In this document: in pieces, positions 1 through 10,456 of the stretch
How the letters are laid out: the number at the start of each line of letters is the position of its first letter
Numbering within the stretch: position 1 is the stretch's first letter
Assembly (NCBI GenBank): GCA_938083505.1
Contig: CALKCF010000006.1
Location: 96,001 to 160,000, forward strand
From: an uncultured archaeon
GTDB lineage: Archaea > Thermoproteota > Nitrososphaeria_A > Caldarchaeales > Wolframiiraptoraceae
Direction of reading: 5' to 3'
DNA length: 64,000 bases
Program-made: the position numbers and the translations under genes
Notes under the pieces: model-generated
The model's input: the letters and a program-made list of their open reading frames with translations, nothing else
The model's database searches: none
Told to the model about the DNA's origin: nothing

Positions 1-447
1 GGAACAGTCAGCAGCGATTGCAAGTCCGTATTTGATCATGCCAGACCTCGCCTGGGCTATGCAACTTATGATGGCTTCGGTGCCACCTTTGCATGCAAAC
101 TCATAATCAGCCAATCTAACCGACATAGGGGCACCTATCGCGGCCGCTACTATAGTCGATGTTGGTTTAACAGCATATGGTTTCGACTCCGAGCCTGAGT
201 ATATCGCTCCTATGTCCTTCGGACTAACTTCGGGTGCTCTTTTTAATGCATTCCTAGCAGCCTCCACAGCTATCGTAATCTGGTCCTCGTCTGGTCCCTT
301 TACAGAAATCTCTTGGACCTTTAGCCCTCTCAACATATCCAAAGATTCGCCCCACACACGTGCTATGTTCTCTATCTTGATCCTATATCTTGGTATGTAA
401 GAGCCATAACCGACTATCGCCGTCTTTTTATCTTTGAAAGTTACCAT
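1..447 (-). CDS. mvaS: Hydroxymethylglutaryl-CoA synthase (5' part; runs off the window start)
   Basis: Not in the ORF track. Manual translation from ATG at 447 gives [23 protein letters not shown]...[14 protein letters not shown]...[10 protein letters not shown], with the archaeal HMGS motifs and catalytic Cys. AGGTGA SD upstream; directly downstream of HMG-CoA reductase. Confidence 0.93.
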   Translation of the reverse strand, partial: MVTFKDKKTAIVGYGSYIPRYRIKIENIARVWGESLDMLRGLKVQEISVKGPDEDQITIAVEAARNALKRAPEVSPKDIGAIYSGSESKPYAVKPTSTIVAAAIGAPMSVRLADYEFACKGGTEAIISCIAQARSGMIKYGLAIAADCS

Positions 448-461
448 AAACATTCACCTAC

Positions 462-1730
462 TTAAGTAGCCCCTCTCAATTTTTGTAATATTTCAATCGC
501 TTTGTCTAACCTTATAACTCCCTCCTTCACCATAAACTCTGCAACCTTGTCCACTTCGTCACCAACAGCACCAGCCATGACAGCAACGTTCTTTGCATGT
601 AAAGACATGTGGCCTTTCTGGATGCCCTCTGCTGCCAGCGCTCTTAACGCTGCGAGGTTCTGGGCAAGACCTACCGCTCCGACGACTTCGGCCAACTCGG
701 ATGCTGTCTTGACGCCAAGTATCTTAAGGCACACCCTCGCCAAGGGGTTTGTCTTTGTTGCGCCACCAACTGTACCTAAAGCCAAGGGCATCTCTAAGGT
801 GCCGACTAAGTTGCCGTGCTCATCGAGTCCCCATTTTGATAGGGGCTCATATCTTCCGTTCCTCGCTGCATAGGCATGAGCACCTGCCTCTACCGCCCTC
901 CAATCGTTTCCTGTAGCTATAACTACAGCATCCACACCATTCATTATTCCTTTGTTGTGCGTTGCGGCTCTGTAAGGATCAGCAGCTGCAAAAGCCCATG
1001 CGTAAACTATACCTTTTGCCACCTCCTCTCCACCGACAGCGTCACTTGGTACAACAGCTTTCACCCTCACGAGCCTCTTATCCGCTAGGTTAGATATTAT
1101 TCTGAGGTAGACCTTTCCACCAGTTATCTGTGAGATGTAAGGAGCGACAGCTTCGGCCATCGTGTTGACGGCATTCGCACCCATTGCATCCCTTACGTCC
1201 ACCAGAATATGGACGATGAGCATCGGCCCCTCAGGAGAATTGATTATTCTTACCTCCAAATCTTTAGCGCCACCTCCCAGATTCACTAGGACCGGGTCTT
1301 TCTCGTTGGCTATCTTAAGTATCTCGTCTTTAACCTTCAACACGTCAAATTTCGCACCCTCGATATCCTTAATTCCGACGACTTGCACTTGCCCTATCAT
1401 CACAGGTTCAGTAGTCATGGAAAATATCCCTCCGCCTTCCCTCATCATTCTTGCCGCGTTAGATGCGGCTGCGACTACCGACGGTTCTTCGATCACCATC
1501 GGTATCAGGTAGTCCTTACCGTTTATCAAGAAGTTTGTCGCTATACCCAGCGGTAGCCCAAAGGTTCCTATGACGTTCTCTATCATCTTGTTTGCCACGG
1601 ATAAATCTAACCCACCATGCTTCTTCAGAAGCTCGACCTCTTCGGGCGTAAGGTCAGCGAACTCTGCGACATATTTTAGCCTCTCTTCCGGCGAAAGTTG
1701 ATAAAATCGAGGTATTCTGGACGATTTCAT
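462..1730 (-). CDS. mvaA: HMG-CoA reductase, class II
   Basis: Motifs ENVIG, EEPSVVAA, DAMGAN, THNKGIMNG, GIQKGHM. Confidence 0.96.
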   Translation of the reverse strand: MKSSRIPRFYQLSPEERLKYVAEFADLTPEEVELLKKHGGLDLSVANKMIENVIGTFGLPLGIATNFLINGKDYLIPMVIEEPSVVAAASNAARMMREGGGIFSMTTEPVMIGQVQVVGIKDIEGAKFDVLKVKDEILKIANEKDPVLVNLGGGAKDLEVRIINSPEGPMLIVHILVDVRDAMGANAVNTMAEAVAPYISQITGGKVYLRIISNLADKRLVRVKAVVPSDAVGGEEVAKGIVYAWAFAAADPYRAATHNKGIMNGVDAVVIATGNDWRAVEAGAHAYAARNGRYEPLSKWGLDEHGNLVGTLEMPLALGTVGGATKTNPLARVCLKILGVKTASELAEVVGAVGLAQNLAALRALAAEGIQKGHMSLHAKNVAVMAGAVGDEVDKVAEFMVKEGVIRLDKAIEILQKLRGAT

Positions 1731-1763
1731 GATATAATTTTAAAAAAACGTTAGATAAATTTC

Positions 1764-1881
1764 TTACGTTAACGTAAAAAGAATGCTTTATGACGAATTT
1801 CGTAATAATGCACATTCACGAAAACATTTACCTAAATGTTTTCGCAAAATTCTGCTTTTATGCGGAACGGTTGTAACCGTT
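1764..1881. promoter_or_regulatory. Cluster of four palindromes upstream of HMG-CoA reductase (putative operators or hairpins)
   Basis: TTACGTTAACGTAA (1764-1777), TTATGACGAATTTCGTAATAA (1788-1808), CGAAAACATTTA-CC-TAAATGTTTTCG (1819-1844), AACGGTT-GT-AACCGTT (1866-1881). Confidence 0.5.
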
Positions 1882-1888
1882 GTTAGAA

Positions 1889-2872
1889 TCAACTTTTTAC
1901 AAGCCATGCTCTTACGCCGGCGTTGTTCTTCCTAACCACCATCGGTTGTCCACCATTCTCCTCAATTGCTTTACACACCGCCGCCCTTTTGCTCAACGTC
2001 GTTAGGCTTATCATGCAACCACCACCTCCACCGCCCGTTAGCTTGCTTCCTAAAGCCCCGGCCTTTCTCACAGCCTCTACCAACCTGTCTAAGGATTCAT
2101 GGGAGACACCGATGACCTTAAGTAGCTCATGGTTCATGTTCATCAGTACTCCCAGAATCACAAGGTCCATTTCCTTGAATGCTTTTAAAGCTAAATTCGA
2201 TATCCAGTTCATGACTCCCATAAGTTGGCTTATTCCTTCGATCTTCTTGGTTTTCTTCCTGCTTACTATGGATACGAACTTGCCAGTTGAACGCTGTATT
2301 CCCGTATTGCCCACAACAAGATCGATGTCGCGATTTATTCTCTTCGGTTTACTACCGTCTTGTATTCTCCAAACCAAAAGACCTCCATAGACTGATATAA
2401 GAGGATCTACACCAGAGGGCGTTACATGTACATACCTTTCTGCCTGCAATGAGAGTCTCCATATTTGCTCCTTATCGATTTCATGACCTAAAACCTTACT
2501 AACCGCCGCTACTGTAGCCACGGATATTGCTCCTGAGGAACCTAAACCTACAGATGATGGGATTGTGGAATATACATCTATGTTTAAGCCCTTCCTCTCA
2601 TCAAAATGATCCAAGACCGTTTTAGCCGCTATTCTCACAGGTTCAAGAAAACTCACAGACTTTTTACCACCCATAAGCGGTTTAGCGGCACCATTTTTGT
2701 ACTCACAAGCAAAACCCAAGTCTGAGCATATCCTTAACGATCCATCTTCCCTAATGGAGACTGATACCTTGACTACCCTATCTATAGCCATGACTATAGC
2801 AGGCACGTTGTAGACCACAAAGTGCTCACCATAAAGGATGACCTTACCGGGTGCTATGGCAACTGCTTTCAA
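1889..2872 (-). CDS. mvk: Mevalonate kinase (GHMP family)
   Basis: APGKVILYGEHFVVY, GLGSSGA, PSGVD, KLTGGGGGGC. Likely start is TTG at 2872 after an AGGTGG SD (ORF track starts at 2899). Confidence 0.93.
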   Translation of the reverse strand: MKAVAIAPGKVILYGEHFVVYNVPAIVMAIDRVVKVSVSIREDGSLRICSDLGFACEYKNGAAKPLMGGKKSVSFLEPVRIAAKTVLDHFDERKGLNIDVYSTIPSSVGLGSSGAISVATVAAVSKVLGHEIDKEQIWRLSLQAERYVHVTPSGVDPLISVYGGLLVWRIQDGSKPKRINRDIDLVVGNTGIQRSTGKFVSIVSRKKTKKIEGISQLMGVMNWISNLALKAFKEMDLVILGVLMNMNHELLKVIGVSHESLDRLVEAVRKAGALGSKLTGGGGGGCMISLTTLSKRAAVCKAIEENGGQPMVVRKNNAGVRAWLVKS

Positions 2873-2994
2873 GGGTCTACATCCACCTAATCTGTCCAAT
2901 TTTTAAATTTGAGCGTTCGCTTATTTTTGTTTTCAGCTTGCCCACAAAGTTCCGAAATTCGCAACTGTCTCGCCAAATCCTAGAAGGTTTGGTA

Positions 2995-3372
2995 TCATAC
3001 CCGACCTTGGAGTATCCGTCTGTAAAAAGACTTCCTGATCCTGTCCACACCCCTAAAGAGGTCTCCTTGTCTTCTGTACCTAGCATTCATGACGTTAAGT
3101 TTCCTTTTACCCCCTTCTTCCTTTAGCAGCATGTACTTGACAGTCCCACTTGTTCCCCTATCCCTAAAATCTCTTTCAACCTCTACCAGCATATGGTACA
3201 TAACCCTGCCACCGTTTGCCATGACGGCGCTTATAGCAAAGCCGCATTTACCGAACTTTTCATAAAGGGCAAGCTCTTCAGCATAATGACGGTAAGTTAT
3301 TAGACCTATGACATGCTTATCCTCGATCTTTGTGAGTATGTCGCTAATAATGCTCTTTAGGCTAGTTCTCAT
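2995..3372 (-). CDS. Hypothetical protein (125 aa)
   Basis: ATG ORF co-oriented between MEMO1 and mvk, with an AT-rich promoter-like region upstream; no family recognised. Confidence 0.65.
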   Translation of the reverse strand: MRTSLKSIISDILTKIEDKHVIGLITYRHYAEELALYEKFGKCGFAISAVMANGGRVMYHMLVEVERDFRDRGTSGTVKYMLLKEEGGKRKLNVMNARYRRQGDLFRGVDRIRKSFYRRILQGRV

Positions 3373-3427
3373 GGATTTCTATAGAGTGGATGCTTACTTA
3401 TATTAGTAACCGTTCAAACTTTGAAGG

Positions 3428-4282
3428 CTACTGACTTTCTTCTAACTCTATTAGTATAGAAGCATAGCCCACGACTGCCGACCTATCACCGGTAACGTCC
3501 CCACTTGTTGCATACTTCAACAACCTGGCACTCTTGGCACCCAGAATCTTCGATGCCGTCATCATGGCAGCAACAGGTCCGTAACCACATGCTGTAATTC
3601 TATGCTTGAATAGCGCGTCATAAAATCCTTCAACATCCAAGGCACTTATACGTTCTATTGCCATCATATCTTTTTTCTTAGCAACAGAGTCCGGTTCGTA
3701 ATGTGTGAAATCAGATGAGGCTATGAGTAACACATCTTGCTCGTCGACCAATTCTGCTAAAACCCTACCAACTTCTTCTGCCACGTCCTTATCCTGGTTC
3801 AGCATTACTATGGGTACTAGTCTGAATGTTCCTAAAACATACTGAAGAAACGGGAGCTGGACTTCAAGCGAGTGTTCTTCCTCATGTGAATATTCGTCAA
3901 GGCTTATCAAATCCGAGCTCTTCGAGATACGTTTGGCCAATTCCGAGTCTATCGGTACACTACCAAGTGGGGTGTACCATTCGCCCTCCGGATATACAGA
4001 AACTTCTGAACCTAAACCAGCATGGTTGGGCCCCACTATAACTACGACCTTTGGTTTTCTTCTACCTTCAAGGGAAGCGTATGAGTGAGCTGCCACGGGT
4101 CCAGAATAAATGTAACCCGCATGGGGGCACACAAGCGCGGGTATTTTTTTATCACCCCATACATTTTTTGGTAATCTTCCTGGCCCTAGTGTATGTAAAA
4201 AAGCGTCTTTTATCTGTTCTATCAGAAGTCTCTGAGTGCCGGCATAAAAACTACCGGCAACGAGTGGCCTACGTATACCCAT
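3428..4282 (-). CDS. MEMO1 family protein (AmmeMemoRadiSam protein B)
   Basis: RRPLVAGSFY, PHAGYIYSG, GPNH, EHSLEVQLPFLQ, SSDFTHY, CGYGP, VVGY. Confidence 0.95.
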   Translation of the reverse strand: MGIRRPLVAGSFYAGTQRLLIEQIKDAFLHTLGPGRLPKNVWGDKKIPALVCPHAGYIYSGPVAAHSYASLEGRRKPKVVVIVGPNHAGLGSEVSVYPEGEWYTPLGSVPIDSELAKRISKSSDLISLDEYSHEEEHSLEVQLPFLQYVLGTFRLVPIVMLNQDKDVAEEVGRVLAELVDEQDVLLIASSDFTHYEPDSVAKKKDMMAIERISALDVEGFYDALFKHRITACGYGPVAAMMTASKILGAKSARLLKYATSGDVTGDRSAVVGYASILIELEESQ

Positions 4283-4335
4283 CCCTAGCCTCCAGATATT
4301 TATTGATTGCCTGTTATTAAAACTTCATGCAAAGC

Positions 4336-4950
4336 CTAAGCGACCGATGTTGACATAAAGCTTTCGGGCAGTATCTCTGCTTCTTTCTCCGGCGTCAGCA
4401 AACCCCTCTCCATCAAGACACGCTTTGCTAAATACCAGAACGCGTACGGCAAAGACGACTTCCCCCTATTATTTATTGGAACAGCCAGATCTATGTTACT
4501 GAGCATATTGTCCGTGCTACAGAACGCTATTACCGGTATCCTCGCTATAGCAGCCTCTTCTATAGCCTGGGCATCATAGCGAGGGTCGGAAACTAGTATA
4601 AGTTGGGGTTCTGTATAGTACTTTAAGACCCTGTTCGTAAACATTCCCGAACGAATCTTTTGGACGACGGGTATGCAACCGGTAAGTTCGCAAAACCTCT
4701 GGACTGCTCTGATTCCGTAAATGTGCGTCGATATCACAGCGACTTTTTCCGGTGGAAAGAACGAGATGAATTTTGCAGCGATATTAAGCCTCTCGATCGT
4801 CTTTTTTACATCTATTAGGTAGATGCCGTCCTGTCTCAACTTGAATATGAACTTCTCAGCATGTTTCACCTTAACCTTTGAGCCGACGTGTACGGCATTC
4901 TTCACGAATAGCTCCATGATTTCTGCTTCTGCTGATTGCGTTGACTCCAT
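4336..4950 (-). CDS. rps2: 30S ribosomal protein uS2
   Basis: VHVG, G-FTN, DP...QAI-EA, DL-VPINNRG motifs; conserved position after enolase. Confidence 0.96.
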   Translation of the reverse strand: MESTQSAEAEIMELFVKNAVHVGSKVKVKHAEKFIFKLRQDGIYLIDVKKTIERLNIAAKFISFFPPEKVAVISTHIYGIRAVQRFCELTGCIPVVQKIRSGMFTNRVLKYYTEPQLILVSDPRYDAQAIEEAAIARIPVIAFCSTDNMLSNIDLAVPINNRGKSSLPYAFWYLAKRVLMERGLLTPEKEAEILPESFMSTSVA

Positions 4951-6207
4951 TTATCCACCCCCTAACGTCGCCATCCTTAACTTGCTGCCTAACTTTTCTC
5001 CGATTCTTAACAACTCGTTCACCTTTGCGACCCTTTCTCCACCAACTACGCCCGACTTAATTAATTTACACCCAAAACCGACCGCTATATGGGCAAGATG
5101 CCCCTCTGGTGTCTCTCCTGACCTATGAGATGCTACAGTTATCATGCCAAGCCCTTGCGCGACTTTACACGCATTCCATGTATCGGTAAGCGTCCCAACC
5201 TGGTTGGGCTTAATGATTACAGCATTAGCTGCTTCAATTTCGCCAGCTTTTTTGATAAGCTTTGCGTTAGTCACCACAAGGTCATCAGCGCAAACCAAAA
5301 CGTCCGGCACAGCCTTAAGTATCTCCTTAAAGCCCTCAAAATCGTGCTCCTCGACAGGGTCCTCAACATAGATCAGATTGAACTCTCGTATAAGAGAGAG
5401 TATGTAATTTATGTGTTCATCTCTCGTCATTTGCTTGCCCTCATTCTCGTAAATGTAGCATCCTATTTTCTCATCCCATAGGCTTGATGCGGCAACATCT
5501 ATGCCGACCCCAAGCTTTATGCTCGTCATTTCTGAGACCCTATCGGCTGCTTCAACAACACTCTCTAAAGCATTACGTATGCATATGTTCGGTGCATATG
5601 CTCCCTCATCGCCTTTTCCAAGTGGAAAGTTAGGCAACTTCTTCTGGAGAATTTTCCCCAGTTCCTTATGGACCAAAACATTTGCCATTATTGCATCGAA
5701 AGGTGTCCTGGGGTTAAGCGGGACCGTCAGTATCTCCTGTATGTCAGGCGCACCCTTACCCGCATGCTTACCTCCGCCTAATACGTTACCTAACGGCAGT
5801 GGAATAGTTGAAGCACTAGGATTCAAAAACTCGTAAAGCGGTTTACCCAAAGATGCTGAAGCGGCTAAGGCCGTTGCAAGGGATATGACATAAGCAAGAT
5901 TTCCCCCAATCTTTTCAAACCTATCAGTACCGTCGATCTCTTTGAGCATCAAATCTATTGATTCTTGTTCGGATGCATCAAGGCCTATTAAGCGTCGTCT
6001 TATGTCTTTCTCGAATATTTTAATGGATTCTCTGACTCCGCCAAAAGGATATGGAACAACTTCCTTCATGCCCCTACTTTTGCCGGCAGGGGCTGCGGCC
6101 ACTCCCAGACCTTTGGCAGTCATGATCTCAATTTCTATTGTCTCGTTGCCCCTGCTATCGAACACTATCCTCGCATGGGCATCTATAATTTTCGACGGGC
6201 TACTCAC
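4951..6207 (-). CDS. eno: Enolase
   Basis: [36 protein letters not shown]. Confidence 0.95.
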   Translation of the reverse strand: MSSPSKIIDAHARIVFDSRGNETIEIEIMTAKGLGVAAAPAGKSRGMKEVVPYPFGGVRESIKIFEKDIRRRLIGLDASEQESIDLMLKEIDGTDRFEKIGGNLAYVISLATALAASASLGKPLYEFLNPSASTIPLPLGNVLGGGKHAGKGAPDIQEILTVPLNPRTPFDAIMANVLVHKELGKILQKKLPNFPLGKGDEGAYAPNICIRNALESVVEAADRVSEMTSIKLGVGIDVAASSLWDEKIGCYIYENEGKQMTRDEHINYILSLIREFNLIYVEDPVEEHDFEGFKEILKAVPDVLVCADDLVVTNAKLIKKAGEIEAANAVIIKPNQVGTLTDTWNACKVAQGLGMITVASHRSGETPEGHLAHIAVGFGCKLIKSGVVGGERVAKVNELLRIGEKLGSKLRMATLGGG

Positions 6208-6428
6208 GTCCTCATGTCTCCCTTCTTACCGAACTTTAATCTAAATTCTACAACCTCGTCAAAGTAATCCTCCGCAGATATAAACATCCTCCTGCAGCAG
6301 TATCTCTTTACACCTAGCTCATCAAGAACCTTCGCAGGGCTCTCGCCCGCATCTACCCTAGCTTTGTATTCTTCCCATTTATCCGCTATGAGGGCACCAC
6401 ATGTGAAGCATCTAATCGGAAACATCAA
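6204..6428 (-). CDS. rpoN: RNA polymerase subunit N (Rpo10)
   Basis: PIRCFTCG...RYCCRRM. Confidence 0.98.
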   Translation of the reverse strand: MMFPIRCFTCGALIADKWEEYKARVDAGESPAKVLDELGVKRYCCRRMFISAEDYFDEVVEFRLKFGKKGDMRT

Positions 6429-6455
6429 GTCGAACTACACCAGCCCCAAATATTA

Positions 6456-6857
6456 TTACCTATAAGATTTTTGCTTGAACCTTCTTGCTGATCTCCTGTT
6501 TGGTTTTTTGGGCTCAGTTCTACGTGGGTCGTCCACCAATAATGCACGGTCAAACTGGAGTATTGCTTCTCTTGCCTTTAAGCTGTGAGCTGCGACAGCT
6601 TTTGCTATTGCAATCGCTATGGCATCAGAGGTGGCGAAAACTCCACCACCAGAAACCTTTACGTCAAACGTATGCGTTTTCCAAAATTTCTCATCAAAAT
6701 GCAGCGGGGTCAATATTTTTTTGATGAGAAATTCATGACCAAGCGCATTGACTGGCATGTTATTTACTAGCACTTCACCATTTCCATGCCTCACCTTGAG
6801 CCTTGCCACGGCCGTCTTCCTTTTTCCCACGAAGACTTGTTCGAGCACCTTACTCAC
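6456..6857 (-). CDS. rps9: 30S ribosomal protein uS9
   Basis: GKRKTAVAR, VSGGG, DPRRTEPKK, C-terminal QKSYR. Confidence 0.97.
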   Translation of the reverse strand: MSKVLEQVFVGKRKTAVARLKVRHGNGEVLVNNMPVNALGHEFLIKKILTPLHFDEKFWKTHTFDVKVSGGGVFATSDAIAIAIAKAVAAHSLKAREAILQFDRALLVDDPRRTEPKKPNRRSARRFKQKSYR

Positions 6858-7339
6858 GTTTCTCTCCCACCTCTTAACTCCCTAGATATTTGCTCGATGT
6901 TCATGTGTCTTATAAGCTTACCACTCCTGTTTCTAATACTGGTTAGTTTGGCATCTTCAAAGGACACGAGTTTTCTATTCTTATACTTTTCCGGCATGCC
7001 TACGTACACTTTAAGCCTCTGCATTGCCATACTACCTTTAGCCTTATCCCTTGGGAGCATTCTCACTATTGCGTACCACACCAGTTTATCCGGCATTCTT
7101 GGATACCATACACTCGGCCTATGTATTGACCTCTTCTGGCTCCTTCCCAAAAGCATAAGATACCTCTCAAGTATGGCTTTTTTGTTTCCAGTGATTATAG
7201 CTTTCTCAGCATTTACGACAACGACCCTTTTACCCTGCATAAGGTTCTTCGCTATGTAGGACGCCATCCTGCCCAGCTTTAGGTTCGTAGCATCAACAAC
7301 TATCTCTTCTTCCTGTATAGAATTCTGAATGCTAGCCAA
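6854..7339 (-). CDS. rpl13: 50S ribosomal protein uL13
   Basis: VVDAT...LGRMAS, VVNAEKA-ITG, RMLP, LKVYVGMP. Confidence 0.97.
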   Translation of the reverse strand: MASIQNSIQEEEIVVDATNLKLGRMASYIAKNLMQGKRVVVVNAEKAIITGNKKAILERYLMLLGRSQKRSIHRPSVWYPRMPDKLVWYAIVRMLPRDKAKGSMAMQRLKVYVGMPEKYKNRKLVSFEDAKLTSIRNRSGKLIRHMNIEQISRELRGGRET

Positions 7340-7673
7340 TTATCTTCACACCCCTTCCTTTTGGGTAGAGTTTCATAAAATCCTCTATAGAGAAAACATT
7401 ACCGCCAGCTCTCGTAACCTTCTCATATGCGGATTTAGAAAAGGCAAAGGCAGAGACCGTAACAGGATGATCCATATTCCCAAAACCCAGCAACTTACCT
7501 GGGACGAATACAACATCATCATCTTTTGTATATCTATTCAACTTATGCACATTTACCACCCTCCTTCTCCTTTTTGGCTTATTCGCCTCTTCGAGAATAG
7601 CTCTCCAAAACCTAGACTCCTTTGCTAACTTTTTGAGCGTAAGGCATGCTTGTAAGTTAAGCATGCTACTCAC
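7332..7673 (-). CDS. rpl18e: 50S ribosomal protein eL18
   Basis: VN--KLNRY, VPGKLLG-G, FS-SA--K; operon position. Confidence 0.95.
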   Translation of the reverse strand: MSSMLNLQACLTLKKLAKESRFWRAILEEANKPKRRRRVVNVHKLNRYTKDDDVVFVPGKLLGFGNMDHPVTVSAFAFSKSAYEKVTRAGGNVFSIEDFMKLYPKGRGVKIIG

Positions 7674-8319
7674 ACCCCTTAATCGTACGCATCAAGTTGT
7701 TTACTTTCTTGTTAAGAATTCTAATGGCCTCGAGTACCATCCTCTTCGGCTTTAAGAATCCAAAAGATTCCACGAAAAGTATTCTCTTCTCAACATTTTC
7801 TTTAGATTCATATAACGTCGCTATACCCGGTTGCCATTTAGCGTGCTTCTTCCCCCTTCCAACCCTCACATAGAGCTCGAGTTCTATCTTCTCGCCGGGT
7901 GCTAGTTTAACGATCGGTATGTTCCCGCTGACAGGGACAACTGTTGTGTTTGGGTCTTCTGGTGTCATATCCCTAGAATATACGGTCATGGGCTGGTCAC
8001 CCGCTTCCGCTTTTAGAACATATCTAACAACGCATTTCTCGCAACCTAGTTTACTGCCACACGTACACTCCTCTGGTGGCACGTAACGGTCGATGTCTGA
8101 GACAAATGGAATCAAAGATATCCTGTGGGCAAGTATTTCGTTAGTCATACCAGAGCTATTCTCTATGATGAGTACTTCTTCGACCGCCATCGTGGGTACC
8201 TCAGATATTATTAGTCTTCTTATAGCGTTAGCTACTGCTAAAGGCACACCTTCAAACTCGACCTTTACTGACTTGCCGTCCGATTCCAGTAACTTTACCG
8301 CCATGTTTTCGCCGCTCAT
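7666..8319 (-). CDS. rpoD: RNA polymerase subunit D (Rpo3)
   Basis: ANAIRR...EVPTMAV, EILAHRISLIP, IPIVKL, G-GK-HAKWQP. Confidence 0.97.
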   Translation of the reverse strand: MSGENMAVKLLESDGKSVKVEFEGVPLAVANAIRRLIISEVPTMAVEEVLIIENSSGMTNEILAHRISLIPFVSDIDRYVPPEECTCGSKLGCEKCVVRYVLKAEAGDQPMTVYSRDMTPEDPNTTVVPVSGNIPIVKLAPGEKIELELYVRVGRGKKHAKWQPGIATLYESKENVEKRILFVESFGFLKPKRMVLEAIRILNKKVNNLMRTIKGCE

Positions 8320-8397
8320 ACCTTGCCGCTCTCTTCCGGCTTTTTATTAACTGTTGGCTAAATACCTTTTCATTAAAAAAGACGCCTTTATTTATGC

Positions 8398-10305
8398 TTA
8401 CATTTCTTCGACTATAGGTATGCCAAGAATTCTTAGGCAGTTGCCCATAGTTATCAGGTAAGCCTTAGTAAGGCTTAGCCTAAATTTCATGGTCTCCTCA
8501 TCATCCGTTAGCACGGGACAGGACTCGTAGAAGTTATTAAAGGCCGATGCCAAGCTATAGGCATAGTTGGCAAGCTTCTTGAGTAGCATCAGCTTTACGG
8601 ATTCTTCTACTACAATGGGAAAGAGAGATATTTCCCTAAGAAGGGTGATTTCCTGATTTTCTAAGACCTTACTCCGCCTAACCTCGCCCTGTTTTACTGG
8701 CGATTTTTCGAGTATCCTACAAGCCCTAGCATAAGAGTACTGTAAGTATGGACCAGTATCCCCTTCGATCTTTAGAGCCTCTTCTCTATCAAAGACTATT
8801 ATCTTATCCGCATCACCTTTCACAAGTGCGTACACTAGCGCACCAACGGCTACCTTCTCCGCGACGTTCTCAACCTTTTGAAGGTGCCAGTCAGGATGCC
8901 TTCGAGCCGTTTCAGACACTACCTTCTCTTTTATGGAGTCTATAACTGAATCGACCTTTACGTATATTCCCTCCCTACCTTTCATGTGAACGAACTCGAC
9001 GCCGCTGACGTTTAGGCCCATCCTCTCCGCCTCTTTTGCACTTAAAGAAACGACCTCATAGGCAAAATGTACATACCTTGAGGGGTCTGCACCAATTAGG
9101 CCAAGCACATACTTCACAATCTCCTGCGGCCTCCTCTGCCTTACGTCTATGACGGTCATCGTCATGTCAACATTCTTGACTTTAAAGTCAATATCACCGT
9201 CTATGTCAGTTATGAGTATATCGCTTTGATCCTTATTTTTGTCAAATAGCTTGTATTTGAAGTCTCTTTTAACAATTCCGAGTTTCCATGCAGCGTATGC
9301 TATATCTCTCGCTACGTACGTCGTAGTTCCATCACTTTTTACTAACACCTCGTCACCTTCTTTGCTAAGTATTTTGTGACCAGAGAGGTTCAACATCCAG
9401 CAACCCGTCTTGGGTCCAAAGGTAGCGAGGTAGCAGGCGTTCTTCTCTTTGAGTTTTGAAAATACTTCTTCCCATAACCCAAACGCGACCACATCGCTTT
9501 CCCTGTTCAGAATATCATAGAAAGCCCCCAATCTCCAGCAAGTCTTTAATTGTTCCTTCAAGACCTTTACGGCTATCTCCCTGCTGAGCATGAAACTATC
9601 GCTCGACCTATCCTCTATTTCCTTAATTAGCAGACGTTTCTTCTCGGACAGCTCAGGCTTCTGCTCTAACAGTCTATTGACCTCGACGTATATCTTGTCG
9701 CCGCAATATTCGTCGAACCTCATACCTTCTGGCGGTTCCATCGGATATCCCAGATACTTAATACCCAGTATGATGTCAGCCATCTGACTTCCGCTGTCGT
9801 CGATATAGTTTGCCACCAAGACGTCGAAACCCGCAAACTTATACAACTTGGCCAATGCACTACCAAGACACACATTCCTTGCATGGCCTACATGCAGTGC
9901 TTTGTTCGGGTTCACACTTGTGTGCTCTATCAGGACGCGTCTACCCCTCCCAATGTCGGACGAACCGTATGCATCTCCAGAGGTTAATACCTCTTCGATT
10001 ATCTTGACGGCATAGGAAGGCCAGTCAACATGGAAATTGATAAACCCTGGTTTGACGACCTCCACGGACTTTATCAAACCTTTTCTACTTTCGATAACAA
10101 CCTTAACTTTTAATGCGATATTTAAGGCAACTTCCATCGGACTTTTATTTAACCTCTTGGCAAGTTCAAAGGCAGAAGTGCATGAAACTTCACCATGCTC
10201 TGAAGATTTTGGTATCTCGAGCCTTGGGTCCGATAACCCGGCCTCCTTTAGGATTTCTGTTGATTCGTTAAGCAATATCTTCACGCTCAACGACTTTCTT
10301 CCCAC
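8398..10305 (-). CDS. argS: Arginyl-tRNA synthetase
   Basis: EHTSVNPNKALHVGHARN (HIGH), GDTGPYLQYSYAR, DALR anticodon-binding domain, terminal Met. Confidence 0.97.
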   Translation of the reverse strand: MGRKSLSVKILLNESTEILKEAGLSDPRLEIPKSSEHGEVSCTSAFELAKRLNKSPMEVALNIALKVKVVIESRKGLIKSVEVVKPGFINFHVDWPSYAVKIIEEVLTSGDAYGSSDIGRGRRVLIEHTSVNPNKALHVGHARNVCLGSALAKLYKFAGFDVLVANYIDDSGSQMADIILGIKYLGYPMEPPEGMRFDEYCGDKIYVEVNRLLEQKPELSEKKRLLIKEIEDRSSDSFMLSREIAVKVLKEQLKTCWRLGAFYDILNRESDVVAFGLWEEVFSKLKEKNACYLATFGPKTGCWMLNLSGHKILSKEGDEVLVKSDGTTTYVARDIAYAAWKLGIVKRDFKYKLFDKNKDQSDILITDIDGDIDFKVKNVDMTMTVIDVRQRRPQEIVKYVLGLIGADPSRYVHFAYEVVSLSAKEAERMGLNVSGVEFVHMKGREGIYVKVDSVIDSIKEKVVSETARRHPDWHLQKVENVAEKVAVGALVYALVKGDADKIIVFDREEALKIEGDTGPYLQYSYARACRILEKSPVKQGEVRRSKVLENQEITLLREISLFPIVVEESVKLMLLKKLANYAYSLASAFNNFYESCPVLTDDEETMKFRLSLTKAYLITMGNCLRILGIPIVEEM

Positions 10306-10378
10306 CTAAGCCCCTAAGAGTTCTGATAAATCCTTGGGAAGGCGCTTATTAAAGCAAAAGTATGTCAAATCAAAATTA

Positions 10379-10456
10379 AAGGGACCTGACTTGTCATCCT
10401 CACAACGCCGGCCCTTGTACACCTAACCGGAACGGACGCCGTATTCCTTACAAGAA
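10379..10456 (+). ncRNA. Candidate H/ACA-like guide sRNA or other small structured RNA
   Basis: GC-rich island in an AT-rich divergent intergenic region. TATA-like TTATTAAA lies ~30 nt upstream; terminal stem AAGGGA/TTCCTT is followed directly by ACA and then a T-tract. Confidence 0.35.

Noticed and set aside
2877-3086. 69-aa ORF overlapping the 125-aa gene, as a possible frameshift product
   Set aside because: A stop codon lies immediately before its ATG, no convincing slippery site, and no recognisable motifs.
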